Origin: a virus
Lineage: Duplodnaviria > Heunggongvirae > Uroviricota > Caudoviricetes
Length of the DNA: 25,704 bases
IMG/VR virus record: IMGVR_UViG_2681813320_000003
Span: 1 to 25,704 of that record
Direction: 5' to 3' (one strand)
Below the pieces are notes generated by a model. The model worked only from the letters and a program-made list of their open reading frames with translations. It was not told where the DNA came from and made no database searches. Each line of letters begins with the position of its first letter. Position 1 is the stretch's first letter. Positions 1-8,626 of the stretch are shown here, in pieces. Made by a program: the position numbers and the translations under genes.

Positions 1-23
1 TGATACATCAAATCCCGTCTGGC

Positions 24-626
24 CTACGCCTCCGGGGGAGCAGGCCAATTGATATCCGGCGCGGTGCTGGTATCAGTTGCCGTCACCGCGTCAATGTAAT
101 CCAGCACAGCGTTAAGTCGGGTGTTTTCTGTCTGCGTCAGCTTCCGCCCGGTCTGCAATTTCAGTTGAATCAGACTAATGGAAGCCATTGCAGTATCAAT
201 CAGTGACTGACGCTGTACTTCTGCCGCGCCTACTGCGGCGCTACGCTGTGCCTCGGTATCCGTCACCCATTTCTCACCATCCCATTTATCGTATGGCGTT
301 AATGGGGCGATAGTGGTTGTATTTTCAGGATAATCACCCAGAGCTGTGATTTCTTTCGATTCTCCTGTTTCGGTGCTATAGACGATTTCACCGCGATGGT
401 CTGGCACATATTCCCATGAGTTAAAATCTGCAGAACGGCAAATTGCATAACCAGCTTTATGTGTAACTGGTGCATCTAAACAAGAACATGCCGGGATACC
501 GACGCCAACCGCAAGATATTCAGTTGATGTGGAAATATATTCCCGCGTTTCACCATCATAATTATAAATGGTAATGACTCCCGCTTTTATGGCAATGAGT
601 TCGTTATTTAATACGACTTTATTCAT
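24..626 (-). CDS. tail fibre assembly chaperone (Tfa family)
   Basis: 200-aa ORF ending ...TSTAPDINWPAPPEA, the conserved Tfa/gpG-type C-terminus. Its ATG overlaps the stop of the upstream tip-domain ORF (TGATG at 624-628), suggesting translational coupling. Confidence 0.8.
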   Translation of the reverse strand: MNKVVLNNELIAIKAGVITIYNYDGETREYISTSTEYLAVGVGIPACSCLDAPVTHKAGYAICRSADFNSWEYVPDHRGEIVYSTETGESKEITALGDYPENTTTIAPLTPYDKWDGEKWVTDTEAQRSAAVGAAEVQRQSLIDTAMASISLIQLKLQTGRKLTQTENTRLNAVLDYIDAVTATDTSTAPDINWPAPPEA

Positions 627-1129
627 CAGGCAGCCCTCACGATATAATTAAAGGCAATGTTACGAGGACGGTTTTCATTAGCAGTTGGAACTACTTTTGA
701 AGCGTCAAATCCAACCGCCTTTGGATATGTTTCGCCACCAGCAGGTGAAACTTGCAACCCTTTTAATTCAAAGAAACTATTATTAGTTGAATGTTCTAAC
801 GGTATCAATGCCCCATAAAAAGAGGCAGTATTTTCCCAAATTGAATAATTTTCTGTATTTACTGTACGCAATCCGCCAGTTATGTTCCTGATGGCATCAC
901 TTTGATTTGAAAGCAACGAACGGGACACATCCACGCCTTTGGCGTCATCCCAGCCGCGAATAAACTCACCACGTAAATCAGGCAATTTATTTGTCGGGTA
1001 AGCCTTTGCCAGTTCCGGGTATTCTTCAGCAGAAAAAGGCGCACCATTGCATTTCAGCCAGCCTGTCGGTGGTGTGACAGAAGGCCAGGGAACAGGGACA
1101 CCAACGGGTAATGCTGAGCCTTCTCCCAA
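626..1129 (-). CDS. orphan tail-fibre tip cassette (phage tail collar-like domain), TTG-initiated, no shaft region
   Basis: Motif PWPSVTPPTGWLKCNGAPFSAEEYPELAKAYPTNKLPDLRGEF matches the tail-collar signature (GWLxCNG...LPDLRG). The frame opens only 15 codons upstream of the TTG, after an in-frame stop at 1175-1177, so there is no N-terminal shaft. Confidence 0.5.
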   Translation of the reverse strand: MGEGSALPVGVPVPWPSVTPPTGWLKCNGAPFSAEEYPELAKAYPTNKLPDLRGEFIRGWDDAKGVDVSRSLLSNQSDAIRNITGGLRTVNTENYSIWENTASFYGALIPLEHSTNNSFFELKGLQVSPAGGETYPKAVGFDASKVVPTANENRPRNIAFNYIVRAA

Positions 1130-1464
1130 ACCAAAGATAACGCGGCGGTTTCTTCTGCCGTCGCGATTTCCGCATCAAAAGCATCCTGTCTCCAGACTAT
1201 TTCCTTATCAGCCATAGAACGCAATACCGTTCTTTTCTGTTCAGCCTGAATAATCTGTTGTTCAGCGGAGAGTGGCGGGATATCAATCCACGCAGGATTA
1301 CCATTTTTATCAGCCCCCAGCGTTTTGCCTTCTGGCGCTACGCCTGTGTAAATTGCCATTGTTTCATCATCAACATCAGCGCCATTTTCAGGCCATGAAC
1401 CGGCGCTGATATATACATCTTTTAATGCTTCCGGATAGAAAGAGCCTTTATAAAATTTATTCAT
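1054..1464 (-). CDS. G: tail fibre assembly chaperone gpG-like, atypical C-terminus
   Basis: ATG at 1462-1464 lies 2 nt after the H stop. The conserved chaperone segment AEIATAEETAALSLVWEKAQHY is present, but the ending ...PLVSLFPGLLSHHRQAG lacks the usual WP motif and overlaps the tip-cassette ORF in another frame. Confidence 0.6.
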   Translation of the reverse strand: MNKFYKGSFYPEALKDVYISAGSWPENGADVDDETMAIYTGVAPEGKTLGADKNGNPAWIDIPPLSAEQQIIQAEQKRTVLRSMADKEIVWRQDAFDAEIATAEETAALSLVWEKAQHYPLVSLFPGLLSHHRQAG

Positions 1465-1466
1465 TC

Positions 1467-2984
1467 TTAATACCCCAGCGCGATAAAACAACAATCTTCG
1501 GTGCCCTCTCCGGATGGCGACCAGTTCTGAATACTGATATGCGTTCTGCTGGCAATACGCACATTCATCGCGGCATTGTAGCCAGATGTTCCACGGTTTC
1601 CGGTCGCAAACAAGCCTGCATAGGGAAAAGCAAATGGTAAGGCATATCCAGCATCAGCTCCCTTTTGTGTTGCCACCGTTCCCCACTGCAACATAAGTTT
1701 CACCGGGTTTCCTGTCGTCGCAATGCATGGAATGTAGATGTAGCCATTACCTGACATCATTGACCTGAAGCTGTCTAAATCCAGTAACTTCGAGGGATTA
1801 TCTGCTCCAACATCTCGTGTTGCAGCGGTCCCTAACTGGAGCGCATGTCGGAAGGCTGATACATCAGAAATATCAGATCCATTAGCCGATTTCTGCATAG
1901 CTCCGGAGGCTTTATTTATCGTTTCTCCCAAACCAAGGTATGTGAGAAGACCAGCTACATCCTTTCCACTCAAATTGGTAAGCATATTGTCCAGCGGTTG
2001 TTTACCTGCCAGCGCATTAAGCATTGTCGTGGCAAAGTTCGGATCATTCCCCAGTGCCGCCGCCAGTTCGTTCAGTGTATCCAGTGCAGCAGGTGCAGAA
2101 CCCACCATTCCTGCAATCGCCGATTTCACAAAAGCCGTAGTGGCAATCTGTGTATTGTTGACCGACTGCGCCGCCGTGGGGGCTGTTGGCGTTCCGGTGA
2201 GTGCCGGACTCGACAACGGTGCTTTTAGTGCCAGCGCATTGTTAATGGTGGTACTGAAATTCGGATCATTGTTAATGGCTGCGGCTATTTCTTTCAGCGT
2301 GTCCAGCGTGGCTGGCGCACCATTAATAAGGGCCGTCAGTGCCGCCTGTACAAACGCAGTGGTCGCAACCTGCGTGGTATTATTCCCCGCCGCTGGCGTT
2401 GGCGCTTTGGGGGTTCCGGTAAATGTCGGGCTGGCTTTTGGCGCGTACTGTGAATGCGGGTCCGGTGCGGCAAGATGTTTTGCCATCTGATCATCCGCGT
2501 ACACCTTCAGCTCCAGTGCCTTGTCATCCACATACTTGCGGGTTGCCAGCACTACAGCAGGGTCGATTTTCAGGGTGATATTGTCCGTGCTGCTGGTAAT
2601 CAGCACCATGCGCACGGTCTGAGTGCGCCCGCTACCTTCAGCCAGTTGCGGCTTATAGCTTTCCGGGCAGTTGCCCACGGCAATCAATGCCCCGGACTCA
2701 TCAAACAAGCCCACTTCACGTATCCACCAACCGCCCTCGTTTTCAGGGATCACCTGTTCGGCAATAATCTGGCTGCTGTTCTGCGGGTCGATATAAAGCA
2801 TATTCAGCGCAGCCCGGCGTTTCTCATTTACCAGTGCCGTCTGCCTTGCGTCCGGCGTTGGCAATACTCCACCGCCATCGCCCACCGCCATATGGGTAAT
2901 TTTTAGCGGCACACCGAGCGCGGCGGCGCTGGCAAGTTTCGCCGCGCCAATATCCGTCAGCAGGGTATAAAATTTTGTGCTCAT
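1467..2984 (-). CDS. H: tail fibre protein H
   Basis: 505-aa ORF with a conserved P2 H-like N-terminus, two tandem ~72-aa fibre repeats (NDPNF..TTAFV motifs) and a distinct C-terminal tip; sits in the P2 gene-order position. Confidence 0.9.
   Translation of the reverse strand: MSTKFYTLLTDIGAAKLASAAALGVPLKITHMAVGDGGGVLPTPDARQTALVNEKRRAALNMLYIDPQNSSQIIAEQVIPENEGGWWIREVGLFDESGALIAVGNCPESYKPQLAEGSGRTQTVRMVLITSSTDNITLKIDPAVVLATRKYVDDKALELKVYADDQMAKHLAAPDPHSQYAPKASPTFTGTPKAPTPAAGNNTTQVATTAFVQAALTALINGAPATLDTLKEIAAAINNDPNFSTTINNALALKAPLSSPALTGTPTAPTAAQSVNNTQIATTAFVKSAIAGMVGSAPAALDTLNELAAALGNDPNFATTMLNALAGKQPLDNMLTNLSGKDVAGLLTYLGLGETINKASGAMQKSANGSDISDVSAFRHALQLGTAATRDVGADNPSKLLDLDSFRSMMSGNGYIYIPCIATTGNPVKLMLQWGTVATQKGADAGYALPFAFPYAGLFATGNRGTSGYNAAMNVRIASRTHISIQNWSPSGEGTEDCCFIALGY
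1995..2432 (-). repeat. tandem in-frame ~216-bp repeat inside H (two copies of the phage tail-fibre repeat unit)
   Basis: Protein segments SPTFTGTPKAPTPAAGNNTTQVATTAFV... and SSPALTGTPTAPTAAQSVNNTQIATTAFV... are clearly homologous and adjacent; the DNA shows the corresponding duplication. Confidence 0.6.
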
Positions 2985-3586
2985 GGATTCACTCTCATTG
3001 TGTCAATAACATGGACCGCCCCGCCTTCATGCGCGGTACCACCGGAAATAATCGTTTCGTTGATATACGGATAGATCGTGATTTCTTCGCCAAGATAGCT
3101 GGCGGCTCCCACCCAATGCGGGCCGCTGGTCTGCAGATTGATGGACATGCCGATCATGTGGCGGCTACATGGTTTGGCATCGCTTATCAGTCGCTCAAGT
3201 TCCAGATAGGTATCTTCAGTGATGCCCTGGTCCTGCACGCCGATATCCAGGCGAAACGTGCCCGGTGTTTCTCCGGTCTGCCACCACTCAATAATGCGGA
3301 TCAGGAATCCGAACGGCTCCACCACCCGCCGCACGGCACTGGTGGTCCCTTTATGCTGATGAATATAAAAAGCATCCTTCACCACCTGGCGCTTGACGCT
3401 TTCTGTCCAGCCCTCGTCCCAGCGATCCACAGAGAACGCCCAGGCGAGATAAGGCAGGAAACTGACCGGACAGGTTGCCGGATTCCACAAGTCACGAAGC
3501 GGCACCTGCAGATCAGAAATCCCGCTGCAGGTTTTCGCCAGTCGGCGCTCCAGTGGTGTTGAACCCGGCGGCAGCAGACTATTCAT
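2981..3586 (-). CDS. I: baseplate/tail protein I
   Basis: 201-aa ORF immediately upstream of H, overlapping its start; P2 gpI position and size class. Confidence 0.8.
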   Translation of the reverse strand: MNSLLPPGSTPLERRLAKTCSGISDLQVPLRDLWNPATCPVSFLPYLAWAFSVDRWDEGWTESVKRQVVKDAFYIHQHKGTTSAVRRVVEPFGFLIRIIEWWQTGETPGTFRLDIGVQDQGITEDTYLELERLISDAKPCSRHMIGMSINLQTSGPHWVGAASYLGEEITIYPYINETIISGGTAHEGGAVHVIDTMRVNP

Positions 3587-4487
3587 CCGTTCCTCCGTTG
3601 GTTACGCTCCACTGCGTACATGATGCCGCCTGTGTTTTGTTCAGGACCACATCCGCCAGAGGAGAAGCCAGCTCCACACGCTGCACACCCTCAACATGCA
3701 GGGCGGCAAAGATGGCGCTACGGCGAATATCCCGACCAAGACGTGTCTGACTGGCGATGTACCTCTGCAGGCTGACTTTTGCCGCTGCCATTACCGGCTC
3801 TGCTTCCGGTCCCGGATAAAGAAAAATGGTGGCTTCCACACGGTACGGGATGATTTCTGCGCTGCGAACCGTAAGACGGTCAGCCACCGGGCGGACGTTC
3901 TCACTGTTCAGAGCTTTTTCCACCACGTCCAGCAGGTCTTTTTCTGCAGTTCCATCGCCTTCGCGGCTAAGGACAGTCAGCACCACCTCTGCAGGTGCCG
4001 GGCTGGTTGCACTGGCATCCGCCACCCGGCCGTCGGCGCTTCGGGCATGAAATTCATAAGCTGCAGTTGGCCCCGCAACAGAAAGCCCTTCAAAGGCTGC
4101 AGGCACACGCAGGCGTAACGCTTCATCGCTTTCCATCACAGCTGCAACGGGCGGCACAGCATCATTATCAGCAGGCGTCACCGTCAGGCGTGTCACGTTG
4201 TAGTTGGCAGCGAGCTGGTCAAGATCGCCGCCCATCGCGTAAGCCACCATCACCGCCTGCGCGGCTTCGTTAATGCGCTGGCGCAGAAGCAACTCACGGT
4301 AAGCGTTCTCCTGCAACAATTTAGTGACGGGTTCAGATTCCAGTTCCAGCGTGCGGATCACGGCTTCCTGCTCATCTTTCGGATGAAGCGCAACAAATTG
4401 GGCCTTGCGTTCGGCAAGCAGCGTCTCAAAGTCCGGCACATCCACAATCTGCGGTGCAGGCAACTGCGAAAGGTCAATCGCTGCCAT
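3579..4487 (-). CDS. J: baseplate assembly protein J
   Basis: Start chosen at the ATG 4485-4487 (MAAIDLSQL...), giving 302 aa as for P2 gpJ; overlaps the W stop; synteny. Confidence 0.85.
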   Translation of the reverse strand: MAAIDLSQLPAPQIVDVPDFETLLAERKAQFVALHPKDEQEAVIRTLELESEPVTKLLQENAYRELLLRQRINEAAQAVMVAYAMGGDLDQLAANYNVTRLTVTPADNDAVPPVAAVMESDEALRLRVPAAFEGLSVAGPTAAYEFHARSADGRVADASATSPAPAEVVLTVLSREGDGTAEKDLLDVVEKALNSENVRPVADRLTVRSAEIIPYRVEATIFLYPGPEAEPVMAAAKVSLQRYIASQTRLGRDIRRSAIFAALHVEGVQRVELASPLADVVLNKTQAASCTQWSVTNGGTDE

Positions 4488-4833
4488 TCTCTGCTCCTGT
4501 TGATACGGAAAGGGAAACAGGTACACCGTTATTACGCCGCCCGGTCAGCCCCACCACCATTGAACCGTCAAAATTGCTTTTAATGGTGATGGAATCCAGC
4601 GTCAGCCGTGGCTCCCAGCGACTCAGCGCCACATACACTGCCGACATGACCTGCAGGCGTAATGCCGGATTTTGTGGCTGGTCTATCAGTGTCGACAGCA
4701 GGGAACCATATTCACGACGGGCAATGCGGCTACCCTGCGGTGTCAGCAGAATGTCCCGCACCGACTGACGCAGATGGTCAATATCAGTAATGGCTTTACC
4801 GCTGGTATTGTTCATCCCGATATAAAGCGTCAT
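4474..4833 (-). CDS. W: baseplate assembly protein W (gp25-like)
   Basis: 119-aa ORF in the GPW/gp25 size class, between V and J. Confidence 0.85.
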   Translation of the reverse strand: MTLYIGMNNTSGKAITDIDHLRQSVRDILLTPQGSRIARREYGSLLSTLIDQPQNPALRLQVMSAVYVALSRWEPRLTLDSITIKSNFDGSMVVGLTGRRNNGVPVSLSVSTGAENGSD

Positions 4834-5408
4834 ACCGGGCCTCCGGTTGTATCGCCGCCTTTCAGGACGCCAGTATGCTGATGCGCATCAACCACGATCC
4901 CGTTAGAACTCATCGCTCCGCCGCCCTGGGTAACGCCACCATTGATCACCACTTCGCTGTTAATGCGCGTGCGGTCAGCCTCCAGTACAAACTCACTGGT
5001 TTTCATGGTGATGTTGTCAGCGGCTTCAATGACCATTGATTTGATGCCCCTGACATACCAGCGCCCGGTGGCGGGTTCGTATTCAAACCAGCCACCGTCA
5101 GGATGTTCTGTCACGCAGGCGTCCGCCGACGTCGACGGTGGTGCAAACTGATTCGAATAGACAGCGGGCAGCGCAAAGGCGGTTTCCAGATTGCCGCCCA
5201 GACTCAGCAGCACCACCTGCTCACCTTCCGATGGTCGCCACCATGTGCGGGCATTCCCGGCACGCAGCGTCAGCCAGCTAATCCAGTTGGTTTCAAGCTC
5301 GCCCGTTTTCACCCGGCAAAGCCAGTTTTCCCTGTCCACTTCGGTGACTACCCCTGTGCGAATCAGGTTGGTGATAAGGCGCATGATTTCGGTTAATTGT
5401 GCGTTCAT
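4830..5408 (-). CDS. V: baseplate spike protein V
   Basis: 192-aa ORF; N-terminus MNAQLTEIMRLITNLIRTG resembles P2 gpV; synteny. Confidence 0.85.
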   Translation of the reverse strand: MNAQLTEIMRLITNLIRTGVVTEVDRENWLCRVKTGELETNWISWLTLRAGNARTWWRPSEGEQVVLLSLGGNLETAFALPAVYSNQFAPPSTSADACVTEHPDGGWFEYEPATGRWYVRGIKSMVIEAADNITMKTSEFVLEADRTRINSEVVINGGVTQGGGAMSSNGIVVDAHQHTGVLKGGDTTGGPV

Positions 5409-5454
5409 AGGGAAAGGTTGCCATCAGGGGAAGAAAGGCGGCAGTGCTGCAACT

Positions 5455-5472
5455 TGTATCAGTGCTGATACA
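5455..5472. promoter_or_regulatory. TGT-N12-ACA dyad (palindrome TGTATCAG-TG-CTGATACA) upstream of V; candidate late-promoter activator site
   Basis: Exact TGT-N12-ACA dyad in the S-V intergenic gap, the signature of P2-family Ogr/B-dependent late promoters. Confidence 0.45.
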
Positions 5473-5476
5473 AAGA

Positions 5477-5923
5477 TCACCCCGCCAGCCATTGCAGAAT
5501 CATGTCGCGGGTCATTGCCTCAACATCATCATTTACACCCAGCAGGCGGCGCTCTGCGTAACGGACCTCCGGTCCTTTGCGACTGACGCGATCACGCAGG
5601 CCGTAATGGTGAACACGGGCAATACGCTGCACCTTGCCTTCAAACTGTACGCTGGCAGAGTCGGCGCTGGCGGCAGTTTTCAGGTATTTTGTGGTGCGCA
5701 GCTTTGCAAACATCTGACGTTTGATGCGCCCCTTCTTGCTGCGTGCTGTTACCCTGCGCGGTTCATAACTGCTGCCATCTGGATTGCGCTGCATCCTGAT
5801 ATTCTGCTGCTGTGTCCGGCGCAGTTCCTGCGCCAGCTGGCGCATCATGCGGCTTCTCGTGGCTGGTTCCAGATTCGCCAGCAAGGCACTCAGCCAGTCG
5901 TCCACCTTCTGCAGTTCAGCCAC
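5477..5923 (-). CDS. S: tail completion protein S
   Basis: 148-aa ORF; size and position of P2 gpS. Confidence 0.8.
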   Translation of the reverse strand: MAELQKVDDWLSALLANLEPATRSRMMRQLAQELRRTQQQNIRMQRNPDGSSYEPRRVTARSKKGRIKRQMFAKLRTTKYLKTAASADSASVQFEGKVQRIARVHHYGLRDRVSRKGPEVRYAERRLLGVNDDVEAMTRDMILQWLAG

Positions 5924-6368
5924 GTTTCACCGTCCACATTTCTTCAGGAGCATCAGGTTCCGCTATAGCTTCAACGCTCGACACACTGCCGTCAGTGCTG
6001 ACCAGCACACGTTCCGTCAGTTGCAGGTTCAGGCTGATATCACAGACATCGTTGCGCAGAATATCCACCTCAAAGGTGAATAGCTTTTCCCGTAACGCCG
6101 GGTTATTGATGGCATCGGGCTGGTTATCCCTCAGCCATAGCAAAACCGGGGCCATCAGCAGATTCTGGTCGCCGCTGAAATCCTCAATCACCGCGTTCAG
6201 TGTGTAACGGTACTCCCACGACATGGAGCTGGCCCCCGTGGCAACCAGCGAACCGTTATCCACAAACAGATGCAGTTTGTCCGGGTTATTGCGGACATAA
6301 GGCACCGCTTTATTGAGGGCGTGGCGCAGGGATTGTGGTTTGTTCACTGTTTCGCTCCTGACACGCAA
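5916..6368 (-). CDS. R: tail completion protein R
   Basis: 150-aa ORF; size and position of P2 gpR. Confidence 0.8.
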   Translation of the reverse strand: MRVRSETVNKPQSLRHALNKAVPYVRNNPDKLHLFVDNGSLVATGASSMSWEYRYTLNAVIEDFSGDQNLLMAPVLLWLRDNQPDAINNPALREKLFTFEVDILRNDVCDISLNLQLTERVLVSTDGSVSSVEAIAEPDAPEEMWTVKRG

Positions 6369-6600
6369 TAATCATGTCCACTTTGTCTGCACAGACCGCC
6401 CAGGCGGCCTCCGTTTCATCCAGCAACGCGTTCAGATCACCGTTAGTGCGCGGCGTTGCCTGCTCCAGCCGACACGGCGTCACTCGCGGACAACCACTGA
6501 CGGTAAGCCATACCTCCGGTGAGTGCCGGACGTTTCCGCAGCCGGATAATGTCAGCAGGCAAAGGAGTATCAGCCCAGCGGCGTAAATCCTCGTTCTCAC
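6310..6600 (-). CDS. lysC: LysC-like o-spanin (lipoprotein) nested in lysB and extending into R
   Basis: Alternate-frame ORF inside lysB with a signal peptide and lipobox (LLCLLTLSGC); same nested architecture as P2 lysB/lysC. Confidence 0.6.
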   Translation of the reverse strand: MRTRIYAAGLILLCLLTLSGCGNVRHSPEVWLTVSGCPRVTPCRLEQATPRTNGDLNALLDETEAAWAVCADKVDMIIACQERNSEQTTIPAPRPQ

Positions 6601-6871
6601 GTTTCAGCTCCTCGATCCGGTGTTGTCGTTGTCTCAGCAGCGTGCTGGTCTGTTCTGCTTCGGCATAGAGCCGCGCCTGCTCCCGGTTATTGGTTTCAGT
6701 CAGAATGGACAGGCTGATAAGCTGGCTGTTGCTCTTTGCCAGTGCCTGGCTTTTGCTCTGCAGCTCGTCTGCCTGCGTGCTGATGGTCTGGCTGGCATCA
6801 GCCAGCCGCCACGTCTGCCAGCCCAGCGCCGCCAGTAATAACGTCAGCACAACCAGCAGCAACCGGTTCAT
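6443..6871 (-). CDS. lysB: LysB-like i-spanin
   Basis: 142-aa ORF with an N-terminal transmembrane segment (LLLVVLTLLLAALGW) followed by a charged, coiled-coil-like region. Confidence 0.75.
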   Translation of the reverse strand: MNRLLLVVLTLLLAALGWQTWRLADASQTISTQADELQSKSQALAKSNSQLISLSILTETNNREQARLYAEAEQTSTLLRQRQHRIEELKRENEDLRRWADTPLPADIIRLRKRPALTGGMAYRQWLSASDAVSAGAGNAAH

Positions 6872-7245
6872 GCTGCTACCTGTTGCGCCATCTGATTACG
6901 GGTGATCCAGAAGGCAATAACGGTCAGTAGATAAAAGACCAGGGTAATAGCCCACCCCGTCCAGGCGAGACTTACAACAATCAGCAATCGCATCACCCAA
7001 CTGGTAAATACGTTTTCTTTTCGGGTAATTGTCTTCAGCAAAGATGCCCTTAACTCCTGCCAGAGCGGGCCATTCTTAATTAACGCAGCCAGTGCTACCG
7101 GAATTACCGCCCATGTCAGCAAACAGGCTACCCAAACGCCGGACGCTGCCAGTACCGGAAAAATCCCCTGCGGATACACCATTGCTGCGATTAACAGCGC
7201 CATCCATAACATCAGAAACAGTCCGCTGATTAATTTCTTTTTCAT
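6868..7245 (-). CDS. lysA: LysA-like membrane protein (lysis timing)
   Basis: Start chosen at ATG 7243-7245 (MKKKLISGLFLMLW...), 1 nt after the K stop and preceded by a GGGAG Shine-Dalgarno; multi-pass hydrophobic protein. Confidence 0.6.
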   Translation of the reverse strand: MKKKLISGLFLMLWMALLIAAMVYPQGIFPVLAASGVWVACLLTWAVIPVALAALIKNGPLWQELRASLLKTITRKENVFTSWVMRLLIVVSLAWTGWAITLVFYLLTVIAFWITRNQMAQQVAA

Positions 7246-7246
7246 T

Positions 7247-7759
7247 TCAGTTTGCTCCCTGTAAACACCAGGCCATCTCCCGCGCACGGCGGTTATCCAG
7301 CCCCTGATTAAAAACACCTTTCACATAAACCCAGCGCGGCAACTGTCGGCATGCATCCGCCCAGCGCCGCTGATTGAGCAATTTCACCAGCGTGGAACTA
7401 CAGGCATTGCCCGTCCCCACGTTGAAGGCAAACGACACCGTAGCGTCATACACCTTCTGCGGCGGCTGTTGCTTCACACACCTTTCCAGCGCCCGCTCCA
7501 CTCGTAGCACGTTGGAGATCAGCCCTTCAGCTGCCTGTCGTTCCGTAATAATTTTGCCAGGAATGACGCCCGACGTATTACCAATGCCGTCGGTCCAGAC
7601 ACCCGCGCTGCACTGATACGGCTGCAGACGACAGCCTTCGTAATCGGCGATCAGTTTCAGTCCCTCCACGGAGGTGTGAAGCTGCTGAAAACCCGGCAGC
7701 GTGGCAGCAATAGCCAGCACGGCCCCGACAAGGCAGCGTTTAACGATTGATGGATTCAT
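7247..7759 (-). CDS. K: endolysin (phage lysozyme), possible signal-anchor N-terminus
   Basis: 170-aa ORF with a hydrophobic N-terminus (LVGAVLAIAATL) and lysozyme-like core (LKLIADYEGCRLQPYQC...GVWTDGIGNT); P2 K position. Confidence 0.85.
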   Translation of the reverse strand: MNPSIVKRCLVGAVLAIAATLPGFQQLHTSVEGLKLIADYEGCRLQPYQCSAGVWTDGIGNTSGVIPGKIITERQAAEGLISNVLRVERALERCVKQQPPQKVYDATVSFAFNVGTGNACSSTLVKLLNQRRWADACRQLPRWVYVKGVFNQGLDNRRAREMAWCLQGAN

Positions 7760-7955
7760 AGTCCTCCCGCGAGATCTGCCCGTCGCGCAGAAGCTGGTAG
7801 GCTTTGTGTTTGTAGTACCAGTTGATAGCCAGCATCAGCACACCAATCATCAGGCCGCCCAGCGTTGAGGCATCCTTGATGGACAAATCGCCCAGCCAGG
7901 CCAGCACAACGGCGATGCAGTACGTGATAAAGGCGCTGATTCGCTCAAGCGTCAT
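7740..7955 (-). CDS. Y: holin
   Basis: 71-aa protein with two hydrophobic helices and a charged C-terminus, immediately upstream of the endolysin. Confidence 0.7.
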   Translation of the reverse strand: MTLERISAFITYCIAVVLAWLGDLSIKDASTLGGLMIGVLMLAINWYYKHKAYQLLRDGQISREDYESINR

Positions 7956-7958
7956 AAT

Positions 7959-8162
7959 TCAGTCCCATAGCTGGACGGTCTGCACGGTGGCGGTGGTCGG
8001 AATGTCCGGCAGCTCCACCTGCAGCCCGTGAGGTAAAAAGGGGCCATATTCGGCAAGCCCCGGATTTGCCTTCAGTACCTGCTCCGTGACACCCTGCGTG
8101 CGCCCGTAATGACGCCAGCAAAGCGCGTCCACCGTGTCATACTGATGCGCCCGCACTTTCAT
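7959..8162 (-). CDS. X: tail protein X
   Basis: 67-aa ORF, same length as P2 gpX, between L and the holin. Confidence 0.8.
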   Translation of the reverse strand: MKVRAHQYDTVDALCWRHYGRTQGVTEQVLKANPGLAEYGPFLPHGLQVELPDIPTTATVQTVQLWD

Positions 8163-8626
8163 CAGATAAGCTCCACTGTGCAGTGCGGCGCATCCTGCAC
8201 CCGGCTGATGGCCCAGCGGGCGTCACGCCACAAATCACCGCTGGATTCCGCCAGTTCCTCGCCTCGCTTCACACCGGATGCCGTGGCGTCATAGTCCTGG
8301 TATCGTTCGTTGAGCATGGCGCGTGCCCAGCAGTAAACCGCGTTGAAATAGTGCTGAATGCGCTCACTTTTGCCGTCCAGCTGTTCCGCCGGAACCTCAG
8401 CCAGCGAGGCATACCCCAGCATCTGCTGGCGTCTGCGAAACTCATACAGCTCTGCGTTGACCTCCGAAATTGCCGACAGCGCAACCTGCTTTAAACGCGG
8501 CTGCGTCACCGTGCCGTCAGTGCGCATGACACTGCGAAACTCCGACAGGTCCACATCAGGCCAGAACGGCGTATTTCTGATGATTTCCGCCTGTTCCGGT
8601 GCCTGTTCTGGCGCAACAAACTTCAT
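8162..8626 (-). CDS. L: head completion/stabilisation protein L
   Basis: Start chosen at ATG 8624-8626 (MKFVAPEQ...) with an AGGAG Shine-Dalgarno; the ORF track extends to a GTG at 8689. Synteny with P2 L. Confidence 0.7.
   Translation of the reverse strand: MKFVAPEQAPEQAEIIRNTPFWPDVDLSEFRSVMRTDGTVTQPRLKQVALSAISEVNAELYEFRRRQQMLGYASLAEVPAEQLDGKSERIQHYFNAVYCWARAMLNERYQDYDATASGVKRGEELAESSGDLWRDARWAISRVQDAPHCTVELI

Noticed and set aside
1995-2432. Repeats in H considered as a possible CRISPR-like or other non-coding array
   Set aside because: The repeats are about 216 bp, in frame, and encode homologous protein units within a single ORF; no short direct repeats with unique spacers are present anywhere in the window.
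1942-2490. 182-aa plus-strand ORF (and several other plus-strand ORFs between 1425 and 11000)
   Set aside because: They lie antisense and fully inside well-supported minus-strand structural genes (H, I, J and so on), are low-complexity Ala/Ser/Arg-rich, and have no ribosome-binding sites; shadow ORFs of GC-rich coding DNA.
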